Shown: positions 10,462-19,065 of the stretch, piece after piece
How the letters are laid out: each line of letters starts with the position of its first letter
How positions within the stretch are numbered: position 1 is the first letter of the stretch
Assembly (NCBI GenBank): GCA_965197905.1
Contig: CBDAOB010000003.1
Location: 1,136,349 to 1,200,348 of the forward strand
DNA length: 64,000 bases
From: Candidatus Latescibacterota bacterium
GTDB taxonomy: Bacteria; Latescibacterota; UBA2968; UBA8231
Direction: 5' to 3'
Translations under genes and position numbers: made by a program
Notes under the pieces: generated by a model
What the model was told of the DNA's origin: nothing
The model's input: the letters and a program-made list of their open reading frames with translations, nothing else
The model's database searches: none

Positions 10462-10521
10462 GAATTTCTTGCCTCGATCCAAAGGTAGTCGTTTTGCGGC
10501 GGTCCACAAGCGGATCGCGAC

Positions 10522-11199
10522 TCACGCGTAGCGGATCGGGTCGGCTATTCCGGCCCGCTCGAAACCCGCACGGCGCAACCGACAGCTGTGGCAACGGCCA
10601 CACGCCAGATCTTCTCTCTGGTAACACGACCAGGTGAGATGGAGTGGGGCTTCCAGCTCGACCCCCCGCCGGACGATCCCCTCTTTATCCAGGGCAAGCA
10701 GGGGTGTCATCACCTCAATTTTTGTTTGTGGCCTGGTACCGGTCTCAATGAGATGGTTGAAGGACACGAAGAACTCCGGCCGGCAGTCGGGGTAGATGTT
10801 TTCGGCGGCGTGTGCACCTATGAAGATCTCGCGGCATTCGAGCGTTTCTGCCCAAGCTACCGCAATGCCCAGTAGGTTGGCGTTGCGAAACGGAACGTAG
10901 GTGTTGGGATTCTCTTCTGGTGCGGAACCTTGAGGGATTTCCATCGCGTGATCAACGAGGCTAGAACCGCCGATCTGCCGCATGAACGAGACGTCGGTTG
11001 TAAGACGGTGCTGCACTTCGTAATGCTCCGCCAAATCGGAAAATGACTGCAGCTCCCGGCGCTCGGTGCGTTGGCCGTAATTCAGATGGAGGAAAGCCAT
11101 CGTGTGGGAGCGGGCGGCGATGGCGGCGGCTACACAGCTGTCCAGGCCGCCGCTGATGAGAACGACCGCCGTTGGTGCCGATGAAGGATTGCCAATCAT
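10522..11199 (-). CDS. queC: 7-cyano-7-deazaguanine synthase
   Basis: SGGLDS, YGQR, TYVPFRN, YPDCRPEF, TWSCY, CGRCHSCRLR. Confidence 0.95.
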   Translation of the reverse strand: MIGNPSSAPTAVVLISGGLDSCVAAAIAARSHTMAFLHLNYGQRTERRELQSFSDLAEHYEVQHRLTTDVSFMRQIGGSSLVDHAMEIPQGSAPEENPNTYVPFRNANLLGIAVAWAETLECREIFIGAHAAENIYPDCRPEFFVSFNHLIETGTRPQTKIEVMTPLLALDKEGIVRRGVELEAPLHLTWSCYQREDLACGRCHSCRLRRAGFERAGIADPIRYA

Positions 11200-11347
11200 G
11201 GTAATATCTGGGTGAGGCGGGGAGAATAAACGAGGGTCGAGTACGGGTCAACATCGGGACACCAGGCTCTCACTGCGATCGTATTGACTTTCGGTTGCCC
11301 GGCGGTAGATTCTCAAGGGCTCACCAGTTATCCCGTCCTGGAGTTCG

Positions 11348-12622
11348 ATGGCATTCTCCCAGTTCGATCGCGTTCCAAATCATTACGCCGGCACCATTAT
11401 CCAACGGGTGAAGGAAATGCGCCTGGAACACGGCAAGCGATCTTTGCTCCCTACTGTGCTCCGGGTCGGCGAGCTGGAATTCCTGATCCCCCGTTACTTC
11501 GGCTTTTGCTTCGGCGTCGAGCGCGCGATTCATATGGCGTTTGCTGCCCTCGACAAGAACCCTGATCGCCACATCAACCTGGTCAGCCAGATCATCCACA
11601 ATCCGGTGGTCAACAACGACCTCCAGGAACGTGGGATTCGTTTCGTTTACGACGAGAATGGGAAACGCAACATTCCCGAGGGTGAGATCTCTGACGAAGA
11701 CGTGGTGCTGATCCCGGCGTTCGGGACGACACTGGAAATCGAATCGTCTCTGCGGCAAAGCGGCATCGATACCTCGTCTAGGGAGTTTCGCGAGAATTAC
11801 GACACCACCTGCCCGTTCGTTTCAAAGGTCTGGGACCGGGGCGAGGAGCTGGCTCTCGAGGGTTATACCATTATAATCCACGGCAAGTTCCGCCATGAAG
11901 AAACCCAGGCGACCCAGTCCCATACCAAGACCCACGGCCATACCCTGGTGGTCTTCAACGAGGCGGAAGCAGCTCAGGTCCATGATTTCATTGTTGGGAA
12001 GTTGAAGCTGGAGGATTTCCGTGAAACTTTCGACGGCAAGTCGTCCGCCGATTTCGATCCCGAGCGGGATTTGGAGCGGGTCGCCGTGGTCAACCAGACT
12101 ACCATGCTGGCAGAGGAGACCCGCGAGGTGGCGTCGATCGTTCGCGCCGCGATGGTGGAAAAGTACGGTGATGAGAATCTGGAATATCACTTCGCCGACA
12201 CCAACGACACCTTGTGTTACGCCACCAACCAGAATCAGAACGCCACCAAGAGCGTTCTAGATGCCGGCGCCGACGTAGCGGTCATCGTCGGCGGATACAA
12301 CAGTTCGAATACTTCCCACCTGGTGGAAATCTGCTCACAGGTCATGCCCAGCTACCTTATCGCCAGCAGCGCCGAGCTGCTCTCCAACCGGCGCCTGCGC
12401 CATTTCGACATCGAAACGAAGGAAGTTGTCGAAACCGAGGGCTGGCTTCCCCAAGATCCCAGCACTCGCATCGTGGTCACCTCGGGGGCTTCCTGTCCCG
12501 ACGTGCTGATGAACGAGGTGGTCGAAAAGATCGCCGGTTTCTACGGCTACGGCCGCGAAGCGATCGAGCAGGGTCTCAAGAATCTGAGCCTGCTGGATGT
12601 GGGCAATACGCAAACGGCATAA
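11348..12622 (+). CDS. ispH: 4-hydroxy-3-methylbut-2-enyl diphosphate reductase
   Basis: FGFCFGVERA, IIHNP, DTTCPFV, NQTTM, DTLCYAT, GGYNSSNT, TSGASCPD. Confidence 0.95.
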   Translation: MAFSQFDRVPNHYAGTIIQRVKEMRLEHGKRSLLPTVLRVGELEFLIPRYFGFCFGVERAIHMAFAALDKNPDRHINLVSQIIHNPVVNNDLQERGIRFVYDENGKRNIPEGEISDEDVVLIPAFGTTLEIESSLRQSGIDTSSREFRENYDTTCPFVSKVWDRGEELALEGYTIIIHGKFRHEETQATQSHTKTHGHTLVVFNEAEAAQVHDFIVGKLKLEDFRETFDGKSSADFDPERDLERVAVVNQTTMLAEETREVASIVRAAMVEKYGDENLEYHFADTNDTLCYATNQNQNATKSVLDAGADVAVIVGGYNSSNTSHLVEICSQVMPSYLIASSAELLSNRRLRHFDIETKEVVETEGWLPQDPSTRIVVTSGASCPDVLMNEVVEKIAGFYGYGREAIEQGLKNLSLLDVGNTQTA

Positions 12623-12747
12623 CGCAGCCGGGCGCGCAGCGATTGATCTCCGCGCATCGATTCCCCATACCTTCGAACAGCCGTAAACAGTTTGCCCAGT
12701 TACCCTTAACGCGCCAGCTGGGGTGGCTTCGGGAGCATGCCACCACC

Positions 12748-12777
12748 TTGACAGGCATGGGGAGGTATGGCTAATAT
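12748..12777 (+). promoter_or_regulatory. Sigma70-type promoter of the BMC operon
   Basis: TTGACA (12748-12753), 18-nt spacer, TAATAT (12772-12777). Confidence 0.55.
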
Positions 12778-12789
12778 GAAGGCGGCGTT

Positions 12790-12801
12790 CCCCCCCCCCC
12801 C
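12790..12801 (+). repeat. C12 homopolymer in the BMC operon leader
   Basis: 12 consecutive C between the putative -10 box and the ATG at 12820. Confidence 0.85.
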
Positions 12802-12819
12802 AATCTCACTCTACGGAAC

Positions 12820-13122
12820 ATGCTTCTCGCACAGGTCAAAGGCCACGTTGTATCCAGTGCCAAGATCGACAGTTTGACGGGAAAAAAGCTGTTGCTCGTA
12901 GAGATCGTTACCGTGCGCGACGAGGGTTTGGAGCGCACCGAGCGCCACATGGTTTGCGTCGATGCGGTGGGAGCTGGAGAACGGGAACTGGTGCTGGTCG
13001 TCATGGGAAGCTCAGCTCGCGTCGCCCCCCATCTCGGCGACGTACCCACGGATGCGGTCATCGTCGGCATCATCGATTCGCTCCAGGCGTTCGGTCGCGA
13101 CATGGAGTTGGCGGACGCATGA
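12820..13122 (+). CDS. BMC vertex pentamer protein (EutN/CcmL family)
   Basis: MLLAQVKGHVVSSAK..LTGKKLLLV, VDAVGAGERELVLVVMGSSAR, PTDAVIVGIID. Confidence 0.93.
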   Translation: MLLAQVKGHVVSSAKIDSLTGKKLLLVEIVTVRDEGLERTERHMVCVDAVGAGERELVLVVMGSSARVAPHLGDVPTDAVIVGIIDSLQAFGRDMELADA

Positions 13123-13373
13123 AGCGGTGCCGCGTGATTGGCAACGTGGTTTCCAGTTCTAAACATCCGGCGCTGGCTGGCAAGAAGCTTTTGTTGGTCA
13201 GACATCACGAAGAGACCGGCGATCCTGACCCCGGGATTGGCCTCGCCGTGGATGGTGCTGGTGCCGGGATCGGCGATGATGTGATCGTCAGCGAATCCGG
13301 CGAAGCGGGCCGCGCCGTTACGCGTATCGAATATCCTCCCCTGCGCAGTGTAATCGTCGGCATTGTGGACTGA
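13119..13373 (+). CDS. BMC vertex pentamer protein (EutN/CcmL family)
   Basis: MKRCRVIGNVVSSSKHPALAGKKLLLV, AVDGAGAGIGDDVIV, SVIVGIVD; ATGA overlap with the previous gene. Confidence 0.9.
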   Translation: MKRCRVIGNVVSSSKHPALAGKKLLLVRHHEETGDPDPGIGLAVDGAGAGIGDDVIVSESGEAGRAVTRIEYPPLRSVIVGIVD

Positions 13374-13376
13374 TCA

Positions 13377-13661
13377 ATGAAGCTTAATAGGGTCATTGGC
13401 ACGGTGGTCCTGTCACGGTGCATCGAGCCGTTCAAGGGCAGGACCCTACACGTGACGCAGGATCTGAACGAGAGGCTCGAGCTGGTGGGCGATGCGGATG
13501 TCAGCATGGCCTGGGAACCGGTTCGCGAAGGGGAACTGGCCATTGTCGAGATCGCGCGGGAAAGCGCCAATGCGTTCGATCCCCCCGTGCCCACCGACTC
13601 CGTTATTCTCGGCAGGGTCGACCGGGTTCACATCGATGAGAGATATAGCGGAGGTAAGTAG
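13377..13661 (+). CDS. Divergent BMC vertex pentamer protein (EutN/CcmL family)
   Basis: MKLNRVIGTVVLSR, ARESANAFDPPVPTDSVILGRVD. Confidence 0.8.
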   Translation: MKLNRVIGTVVLSRCIEPFKGRTLHVTQDLNERLELVGDADVSMAWEPVREGELAIVEIARESANAFDPPVPTDSVILGRVDRVHIDERYSGGK

Positions 13662-14219
13662 ATGGCAGACGCAATCGGAATGGTAGAAACGGTCGGGTTC
13701 GTTGGGGCGGTGGAAGCGGGTGACGCGATGAGCAAAGCGGCGCAAGTTACGTTGACCGGATGGGACAAGATTGGGGCGGGTCTGACGTCGGTGTTCTGCG
13801 AAGGTGACGTGGCGGCGGTCAAATCGGCGGTCGATGCGGGGGCGCAGGCGGCGGCAAAGGTGGGAACGGTGCACAGCGCTCACGTGATTCCGCGGCCGCA
13901 CTCCGAGTTGGAGTCGGTCTTGCCTTCAGCGTCCAAGGGAAACGGGGTGGTGGTTCAGGCGCTGGGGCTGGTGGAGACGCGGGGCTCGACCGGCGTGATC
14001 GAGGCGGCGGACGCCATGAGCAAAGCGGCAGATGTAGAGGTGGTGAAGATCGCCGAGATTGGCGGCGGTTATATCACGGTGTTGGTGACCGGGGATGTGG
14101 GATCGGTAAAATCGGCGGTGAGTGCTGGATCGGAAGCAGCGGAACGTGTCGGCGAGCTGGTCTCTCAACACGTTATCCCGCGCCCGTCGGACGAGGTCGC
14201 CTCGTTGTATCTAAGTTGA
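13662..14219 (+). CDS. BMC shell protein with two tandem BMC (PF00936-type) domains
   Basis: AIGMVETVG..DAMSKAA..GDVAAVKSAV..HVIPRPH followed by ALGLVETRG..DAMSKAA..HVIPRPS. Confidence 0.92.
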   Translation: MADAIGMVETVGFVGAVEAGDAMSKAAQVTLTGWDKIGAGLTSVFCEGDVAAVKSAVDAGAQAAAKVGTVHSAHVIPRPHSELESVLPSASKGNGVVVQALGLVETRGSTGVIEAADAMSKAADVEVVKIAEIGGGYITVLVTGDVGSVKSAVSAGSEAAERVGELVSQHVIPRPSDEVASLYLS

Positions 14220-14233
14220 AAGGGAAGGATTAG

Positions 14234-14497
14234 ATGAAGGCACTAGGTATGGTGGAGACCAAGGGTCTTGCGTGTATGGTAGAGGCGCTGGATGCGATGT
14301 TGAAGACCGCTGATGTCAAATACGTAGCTCAAAAACGAGTAGGAGCGGGTCTTGTGATGGTGATGGTGGAAGGCGATGTGGCGGCGGTGAAGGCAGCCGT
14401 GGATGCGGGCGCGCAAGCGGCGCAGCGAATCGGCGAACTGCGTAGCGTGCACGTCATTCCACGGCCGATCGAAGGACTCCGGGCGCAGCTGAATTGA
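14234..14497 (+). CDS. BMC hexamer shell protein (EutM/PduA-like)
   Basis: [32 protein letters not shown]; 87 aa. Confidence 0.95.
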   Translation: MKALGMVETKGLACMVEALDAMLKTADVKYVAQKRVGAGLVMVMVEGDVAAVKAAVDAGAQAAQRIGELRSVHVIPRPIEGLRAQLN

Positions 14498-14526
14498 TGT
14501 GCACGCCCTGCTGAGAGTGCACTAGC

Positions 14527-15954
14527 GTGACCCAGAAGGTGAACGAAGACCAGGTCAGGGAGATCGTCGCCGAGGTCGTCAGCCGGGTGCTTGCGGCGCA
14601 CAGCACTGAACCTGACTCGGGGTTATCGTCCCAGGTGGGCGGCGTTTTCGGGGACGCGGATGCGGCAGTGGCTGCTGCCCGCCGGGCTCAGGGGCAGTTG
14701 CTGTCGATGACGCTGGTAGACCGGAAGCGGATCATCGAAGCCATTCGCGATACTCTGCACTCAGAGGCGGAGAGTTTCGCTCGGCGCACCCTCGAAGAGA
14801 CCGGCATGGGCCGGCTCGAGGACAAGATCCGCAAACACCATGTGGCCGCAGATACGACGCCCGGGGTCGAAGACCTGCATGCTGTTTCGTGGACCGGGGA
14901 TCACGGCCTCACGGTGGTGGAGATGGCGCCGTATGGCGTAATCGCGGCGATAACGCCATCCACCCATCCGGTGCCCACCATGGCAAGCAATGCCATCGGC
15001 ATTGTCGCGGCGGGCAACGCGGCGGTTTTCAATGCTCACCCTGCCGCCAAAAAGATCTCCGCTGCCGCAGTCCAACAGCTAAACACCGCCATCGTAGAAG
15101 CGGGCGGCCCTGCCAACCTGATTACCATCATCGAACATCCAACCGTCGAGAGTGCTACTGAACTGTTCAACCACGCCGGCGTCGACGTCATACTGGTAAC
15201 CGGCGGTCCCGCCGTCGCTCGAGCGGCCATGAGCTGTCCCAAGAAGGCGATCGTAGCGGGGCCCGGCAACCCACCTGTTGTCGTCGACGAAACGGCAGAC
15301 CTGGAACGGGCGGCCCGGGACATCGTCGACGGCGCATCCTTCGACAACAATCTGCTCTGCATCGGCGAGAAGCAGGTGTTCGTCGTGGATTCGGTGGCTG
15401 ACAGCCTGAAATCGCTCATGGTGCGGTACAGCGCTTACGAGCTCAACCCGGAGCAGATCGAACAACTCGTGCGGGAGGCGTTCGTCAGCGAGGGGAGCGG
15501 CGAACCCCGCGTGAATCGCGAGCTGGTGGGGCGCGACGCCGCGGTGCTGGGTGCCCGCATCGGTTTGCAGCTGGAAGACTCGCTGCGACTATTGATCGGC
15601 GAAACCGATGCCGGCCACATCTTCGTGCGGGAAGAGCAGATGATGCCGTTCGTGCCGATCGTCCGGGTGCCCAACGTAGATCAGGGGATTCGCGCCGCGG
15701 TCGAATCGGAGCATGGCTACCGACACACGGCGGTCATTCACTCGCGCAACATCGAGAACATGCACAACATGGCCCGCGCCGCGGATACGACGGTGTTCGT
15801 CAAGAACGGCCCTTCTTACGCGGGATTGGGCATCGGTGGCGAAGGGTTCGGCACCTACTCCATCGCCGGTCCCACCGGAGAAGGGCTGACGTCGGCGAGC
15901 ACCTTTACGCGCCAACGACGCTGCAGCCTCGTAGACTATTTCCGCATCACCTGA
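14527..15954 (+). CDS. CoA-acylating aldehyde dehydrogenase (EutE/PduP family) with N-terminal encapsulation peptide
   Basis: ETGMGRLEDK, TGGPAV, AGPGNPP, SFDNNLLCIGEK, EQMMP, PTGEGLTSA..FTRQRRC; N-terminal helix EDQVREIVAEVVSRVL. Confidence 0.92.
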   Translation: MTQKVNEDQVREIVAEVVSRVLAAHSTEPDSGLSSQVGGVFGDADAAVAAARRAQGQLLSMTLVDRKRIIEAIRDTLHSEAESFARRTLEETGMGRLEDKIRKHHVAADTTPGVEDLHAVSWTGDHGLTVVEMAPYGVIAAITPSTHPVPTMASNAIGIVAAGNAAVFNAHPAAKKISAAAVQQLNTAIVEAGGPANLITIIEHPTVESATELFNHAGVDVILVTGGPAVARAAMSCPKKAIVAGPGNPPVVVDETADLERAARDIVDGASFDNNLLCIGEKQVFVVDSVADSLKSLMVRYSAYELNPEQIEQLVREAFVSEGSGEPRVNRELVGRDAAVLGARIGLQLEDSLRLLIGETDAGHIFVREEQMMPFVPIVRVPNVDQGIRAAVESEHGYRHTAVIHSRNIENMHNMARAADTTVFVKNGPSYAGLGIGGEGFGTYSIAGPTGEGLTSASTFTRQRRCSLVDYFRIT

Positions 15955-15962
15955 ACGGTCCC

Positions 15963-16673
15963 ATGTCCCAATCGAACCGGCAACCGCTCTCCGTGGATCG
16001 CGGCACCATTGAAACCATGGTTCGCGAGATCCTGGGGCGCTACTCGCCCGCCGAGGGTATGGACAAATCTGTAGCCGCCAGGATTCCGCGCCTGGTGGCG
16101 AACATCTCGGCTCGCCATCTCCACCTGAACCGCCAAACACTCGAAACCCTGTTCGGCTCAGGTGCTGAGCTGACGGTGCAGAAAGAGCTATACCAGGAAG
16201 GTGCGTTCGCCGCGGAACAGATGGTCACCGTATTCGGACCGCGGCAGCAGATGATCGCCAACGTTCGCGTTCTGGGTCCGCTGCGCGATTACAACCAGGT
16301 GGAGCTTTCCTTCAGTGATGCGCGTTTCCTGGGCATCGATGCACCCGTTCGCCTGAGTGGCGATCACACCGACACCCCCGGGTGTTACCTGGTAGGTCCC
16401 GCCGGCGGTCTCGAACTGAAAGCGGGAGTGATACGGGCGGCCAGGCACGTCCACATGAGTTCCGACGAAGGCGATTTCTACGGGGTAAAGGCGGGCGACC
16501 TGATGCGGCTCGTGGTAGACAGCGAACAAGGGGGAACACTGAGCGGACTGATCTGCCGGGTCAGTGACCGCGAGAAGCTCGAGGTGCATCTGGACACCGA
16601 CGAAGGCAACGCCGTCGATCTGGCGCGGGCCCGCAAGGTTCACCTGGAGAAAGAAACCGCTGATTCCACATGA
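15963..16673 (+). CDS. pduL: Phosphate propanoyltransferase / phosphotransacylase with N-terminal encapsulation peptide
   Basis: ISARHLHL, VRVLGPLR, PVRLSGD, ARHVHM, EVHLDTDEGNA; N-terminal DRGTIETMVREILGRY. Confidence 0.92.
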   Translation: MSQSNRQPLSVDRGTIETMVREILGRYSPAEGMDKSVAARIPRLVANISARHLHLNRQTLETLFGSGAELTVQKELYQEGAFAAEQMVTVFGPRQQMIANVRVLGPLRDYNQVELSFSDARFLGIDAPVRLSGDHTDTPGCYLVGPAGGLELKAGVIRAARHVHMSSDEGDFYGVKAGDLMRLVVDSEQGGTLSGLICRVSDREKLEVHLDTDEGNAVDLARARKVHLEKETADST

Positions 16674-17152
16674 GCTCCGTACTCCACATACAGGAGATGG
16701 TTGTCACCGGGGACGATCTTGCCCGGGCGCACCAGGGCCAGGAAGTGCTGTGTGTCGTTGCCGCGGCGGTGCTTACGCCGACGGCCTGGGATTACATTCG
16801 CGACCAGCGTTTGCGGCTGACTCGAGGGGAAAGCGCGTCCGTGTCCGAGTCTGTGGCACCGTCGGCGTCGACCAACCTGGTCAACGAGGCGCAGATGGTG
16901 CCCCATGCGCAGTGCGACCAACCGGGAAGTTCCTGCGGATGCACAACCGAGGAGTTTGGCTCCGGTTTTGTTCAACCCGAAAGTTGTGGGGTGTGTGCCA
17001 TACATCAGCTCAAGGTCGCCGGCCAGGCGAACCCCGGATGCGAGGGCTGTAATCTGAACGGGCGCTGCGACGGCGAATCAGGGTCCGCCGCCGCGACGGA
17101 GTCACTCGTGGCACAGATCACCGAGCAGATTGTGGAGCAGCTACGCCGATGA
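16670..17152 (+). CDS. Hypothetical Cys-rich BMC-associated protein with C-terminal encapsulation-peptide-like helix
   Basis: N-terminal VVTGDDL...AVLTPTAWDY domain; CxxxxxxCxC, CxxC, CxxC, C cluster; C-terminal ESLVAQITEQIVEQLRR. Confidence 0.7.
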   Translation: MSSVLHIQEMVVTGDDLARAHQGQEVLCVVAAAVLTPTAWDYIRDQRLRLTRGESASVSESVAPSASTNLVNEAQMVPHAQCDQPGSSCGCTTEEFGSGFVQPESCGVCAIHQLKVAGQANPGCEGCNLNGRCDGESGSAAATESLVAQITEQIVEQLRR

Positions 17153-17712
17153 GCGGCGCGCTAGGTATCATCGAGGCAGAGGGGGTCGCCGGCATCATCG
17201 CCGCCTCGGACGTTGTCGGCAAAACCGCCGACGTCGAGCTGCTTGGCTGGGAGTCGATCGGCGGAATCACCTCCATCTTTTTCCGCGGGACCGTCGCGGA
17301 GGTGGCCGCCTCACTTGAAAGCGGCCGCGAGGCCGCCGCGGCGCTCGCGGACAAGGTTGTGGCGGCCCCGTTGTATCAGCCCGAAGCGGTCTGCAGCGAT
17401 TTCATTGGGCATCCGATGCCGGACGAGATCGAGGTTCCGGATGGCGCACTGGGCTTGCTCGAGTCTCGCGGCTACGGTGCTCACGTGCTGGCTAACGACC
17501 GCATGGTGAAGGCGGCTCCGGTCCGGGTCTACAATCTTCTGGCAGTGCACGATCGCGTCGTTTGCACCCTGATCAACGGCGAGGAGGGTGCGGTTCGAGA
17601 GGCGATTGCCAGCGGCCGCGAACTGTTCGCTCGCGACGTGCGCTTCCGCTGTTCCACCGTTATCTCGCGCCCGTTACCGCACGTGCTGCGGGCGTTCGCG
17701 CCGGGCTGTTAG
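17149..17712 (+). CDS. Divergent BMC shell protein with two tandem BMC domains
   Basis: ALGIIEAEG..DVVGKTADV and ALGLLESRG..DRMVKAAPV..GAVREAI..VISRP. Confidence 0.85.
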   Translation: MSGALGIIEAEGVAGIIAASDVVGKTADVELLGWESIGGITSIFFRGTVAEVAASLESGREAAAALADKVVAAPLYQPEAVCSDFIGHPMPDEIEVPDGALGLLESRGYGAHVLANDRMVKAAPVRVYNLLAVHDRVVCTLINGEEGAVREAIASGRELFARDVRFRCSTVISRPLPHVLRAFAPGC

Positions 17713-17874
17713 TGCCCTGTATCGATAATATGCCTGTATTAATTCGCCGACTCATCCCGACCTGCTTCGTTACGCTCACTCGGCGTATTTCACCAATACG
17801 CCTCGATCGCGCGCCTTGCAGGACGGGCGACTCGGCGCCTTCATTGCACAGGCCTACTTCCGATACAGGGCACT
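17711..17874. mobile_element. MITE-like element with 14-bp perfect terminal inverted repeats
   Basis: AGTGCCCTGTATCG (17711-17724) / CGATACAGGGCACT (17861-17874); internal hairpin GGCGTATT-TCACC-AATACGCC (17782-17802); no ORF. Confidence 0.7.
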
Positions 17875-17887
17875 GAGGAGGCTGCAG

Positions 17888-19045
17888 GTGGCGCAACCAA
17901 GCGCATTCGGGGTGTTGGAGACCCGAGGAGTAACGGCTCAAGTGGCTGCGACCGACGCCATGGTCAAAACTGCTGATGTTCGGGTGTGCGGACGCCAGGC
18001 GATCGGCTCGGGATGGGTAACGGTGGTAGTGGAGGGTGAGGTCGGGGCCGTGCAAGCCGCGGTGGCAAGCGGCGAGCGCGAAGCCGGCAAGTACGGCGAG
18101 CTGATCGGCGCGGACGTCCTGACCGCGCCGGACATGGCGGCCGCCGACATCATGCCACATGCCAGTGGGCTGAGCCCTGCTACCCTCAAACCCCAGCAAG
18201 CTCTCGGCGTCCTCGAGACTCGGGGTTTTGCCCAGCTGGTCGTTGGGGGTGACGCCGCGACCAAGGCGGCGGCGGTAAGTGTCTGCGGCTGGGCTTCTGC
18301 CGGCGGTGCACTGTGCCATCTGGTGGTTCAGGGCGAAGTGGCCAGCGTGTACACTGCCCTGCGCGAAGGTCGCATCGCAGCCGAGACCGCCGGCGAGGTG
18401 TATGCGGCCCTGGTTATTCCACAGCCAGCGGTGGACGTGGCCGGCGTGTTGCCCGTGCCCGCAGGCGCTCAGCCAGCAGAGGTCGGTGCCCTCGGAATAC
18501 TGGAGACCACCGGATATACCGGTTCGGTGGCGGCTGCGGACGCGATGGCCAAAACGGCTGAGATCGGAGTGGCGCGTTTCAATATTGGAAGTGGTGGACG
18601 CACCGCTGTTATGACCACGGGAAAACTGGACGATGTCCAGGCCGGCATCGAGCCCGGTGTTGCCGCGGCCAAACTGGCTGGTGGATTCGAGAACGCCCGT
18701 GTCGTCACCCGGCCCGACCCGGATATCGTGGCCTGTTTCGCGCAGGCAACAACCAGTGCCGCACCGAAGGGGCTGGCCCTCGGATTAATCGAAACCCGCA
18801 GCACCGTGGCTCTGGTGAAGGCGATGGACGAGATGCTCAAAGGGGCCGACGTGGAGTACGAAGGCCGGGTGAAGGTGGGGTTCTATCTCACCGCCGGTGC
18901 GATTCGCGGTGACGTGGGCGCCGTCAGAGTGGCATTGGATCTGGGTGCGAAAGAGGCTCGTCGCCATGGGGAACTGGTCGCAACGCACTTGATACCGCAA
19001 CCCGACCGGGGTATGGAGCCACCGCTACCACATCGAGGAACGTAA
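17888..19045 (+). CDS. BMC shell protein with four tandem BMC domains
   Basis: Four units starting AFGVLETRG, ALGVLETRG, ALGILETTG and ALGLIETRS, each with D-x3-K and a terminal P-x-P-like motif; GTG at 17888 follows GAGGAG. Confidence 0.88.
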   Translation: MAQPSAFGVLETRGVTAQVAATDAMVKTADVRVCGRQAIGSGWVTVVVEGEVGAVQAAVASGEREAGKYGELIGADVLTAPDMAAADIMPHASGLSPATLKPQQALGVLETRGFAQLVVGGDAATKAAAVSVCGWASAGGALCHLVVQGEVASVYTALREGRIAAETAGEVYAALVIPQPAVDVAGVLPVPAGAQPAEVGALGILETTGYTGSVAAADAMAKTAEIGVARFNIGSGGRTAVMTTGKLDDVQAGIEPGVAAAKLAGGFENARVVTRPDPDIVACFAQATTSAAPKGLALGLIETRSTVALVKAMDEMLKGADVEYEGRVKVGFYLTAGAIRGDVGAVRVALDLGAKEARRHGELVATHLIPQPDRGMEPPLPHRGT

Positions 19046-19065
19046 TCACCAGGAAGAGAACAAAC

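Noticed and set aside
9254..11199. 7-deazaguanine DNA-modification or QueC-based defence system
   Set aside because: queC and queF look canonical for tRNA queuosine synthesis; no dpdA/tgt-like or qat genes are nearby.
17816..17887. N-terminal extension of the four-domain shell protein, or a six-domain fusion with the upstream gene
   Set aside because: The extension lies mostly inside the MITE-like element, a good RBS precedes GTG 17888, and the reconstructed empty site still has an in-frame stop.
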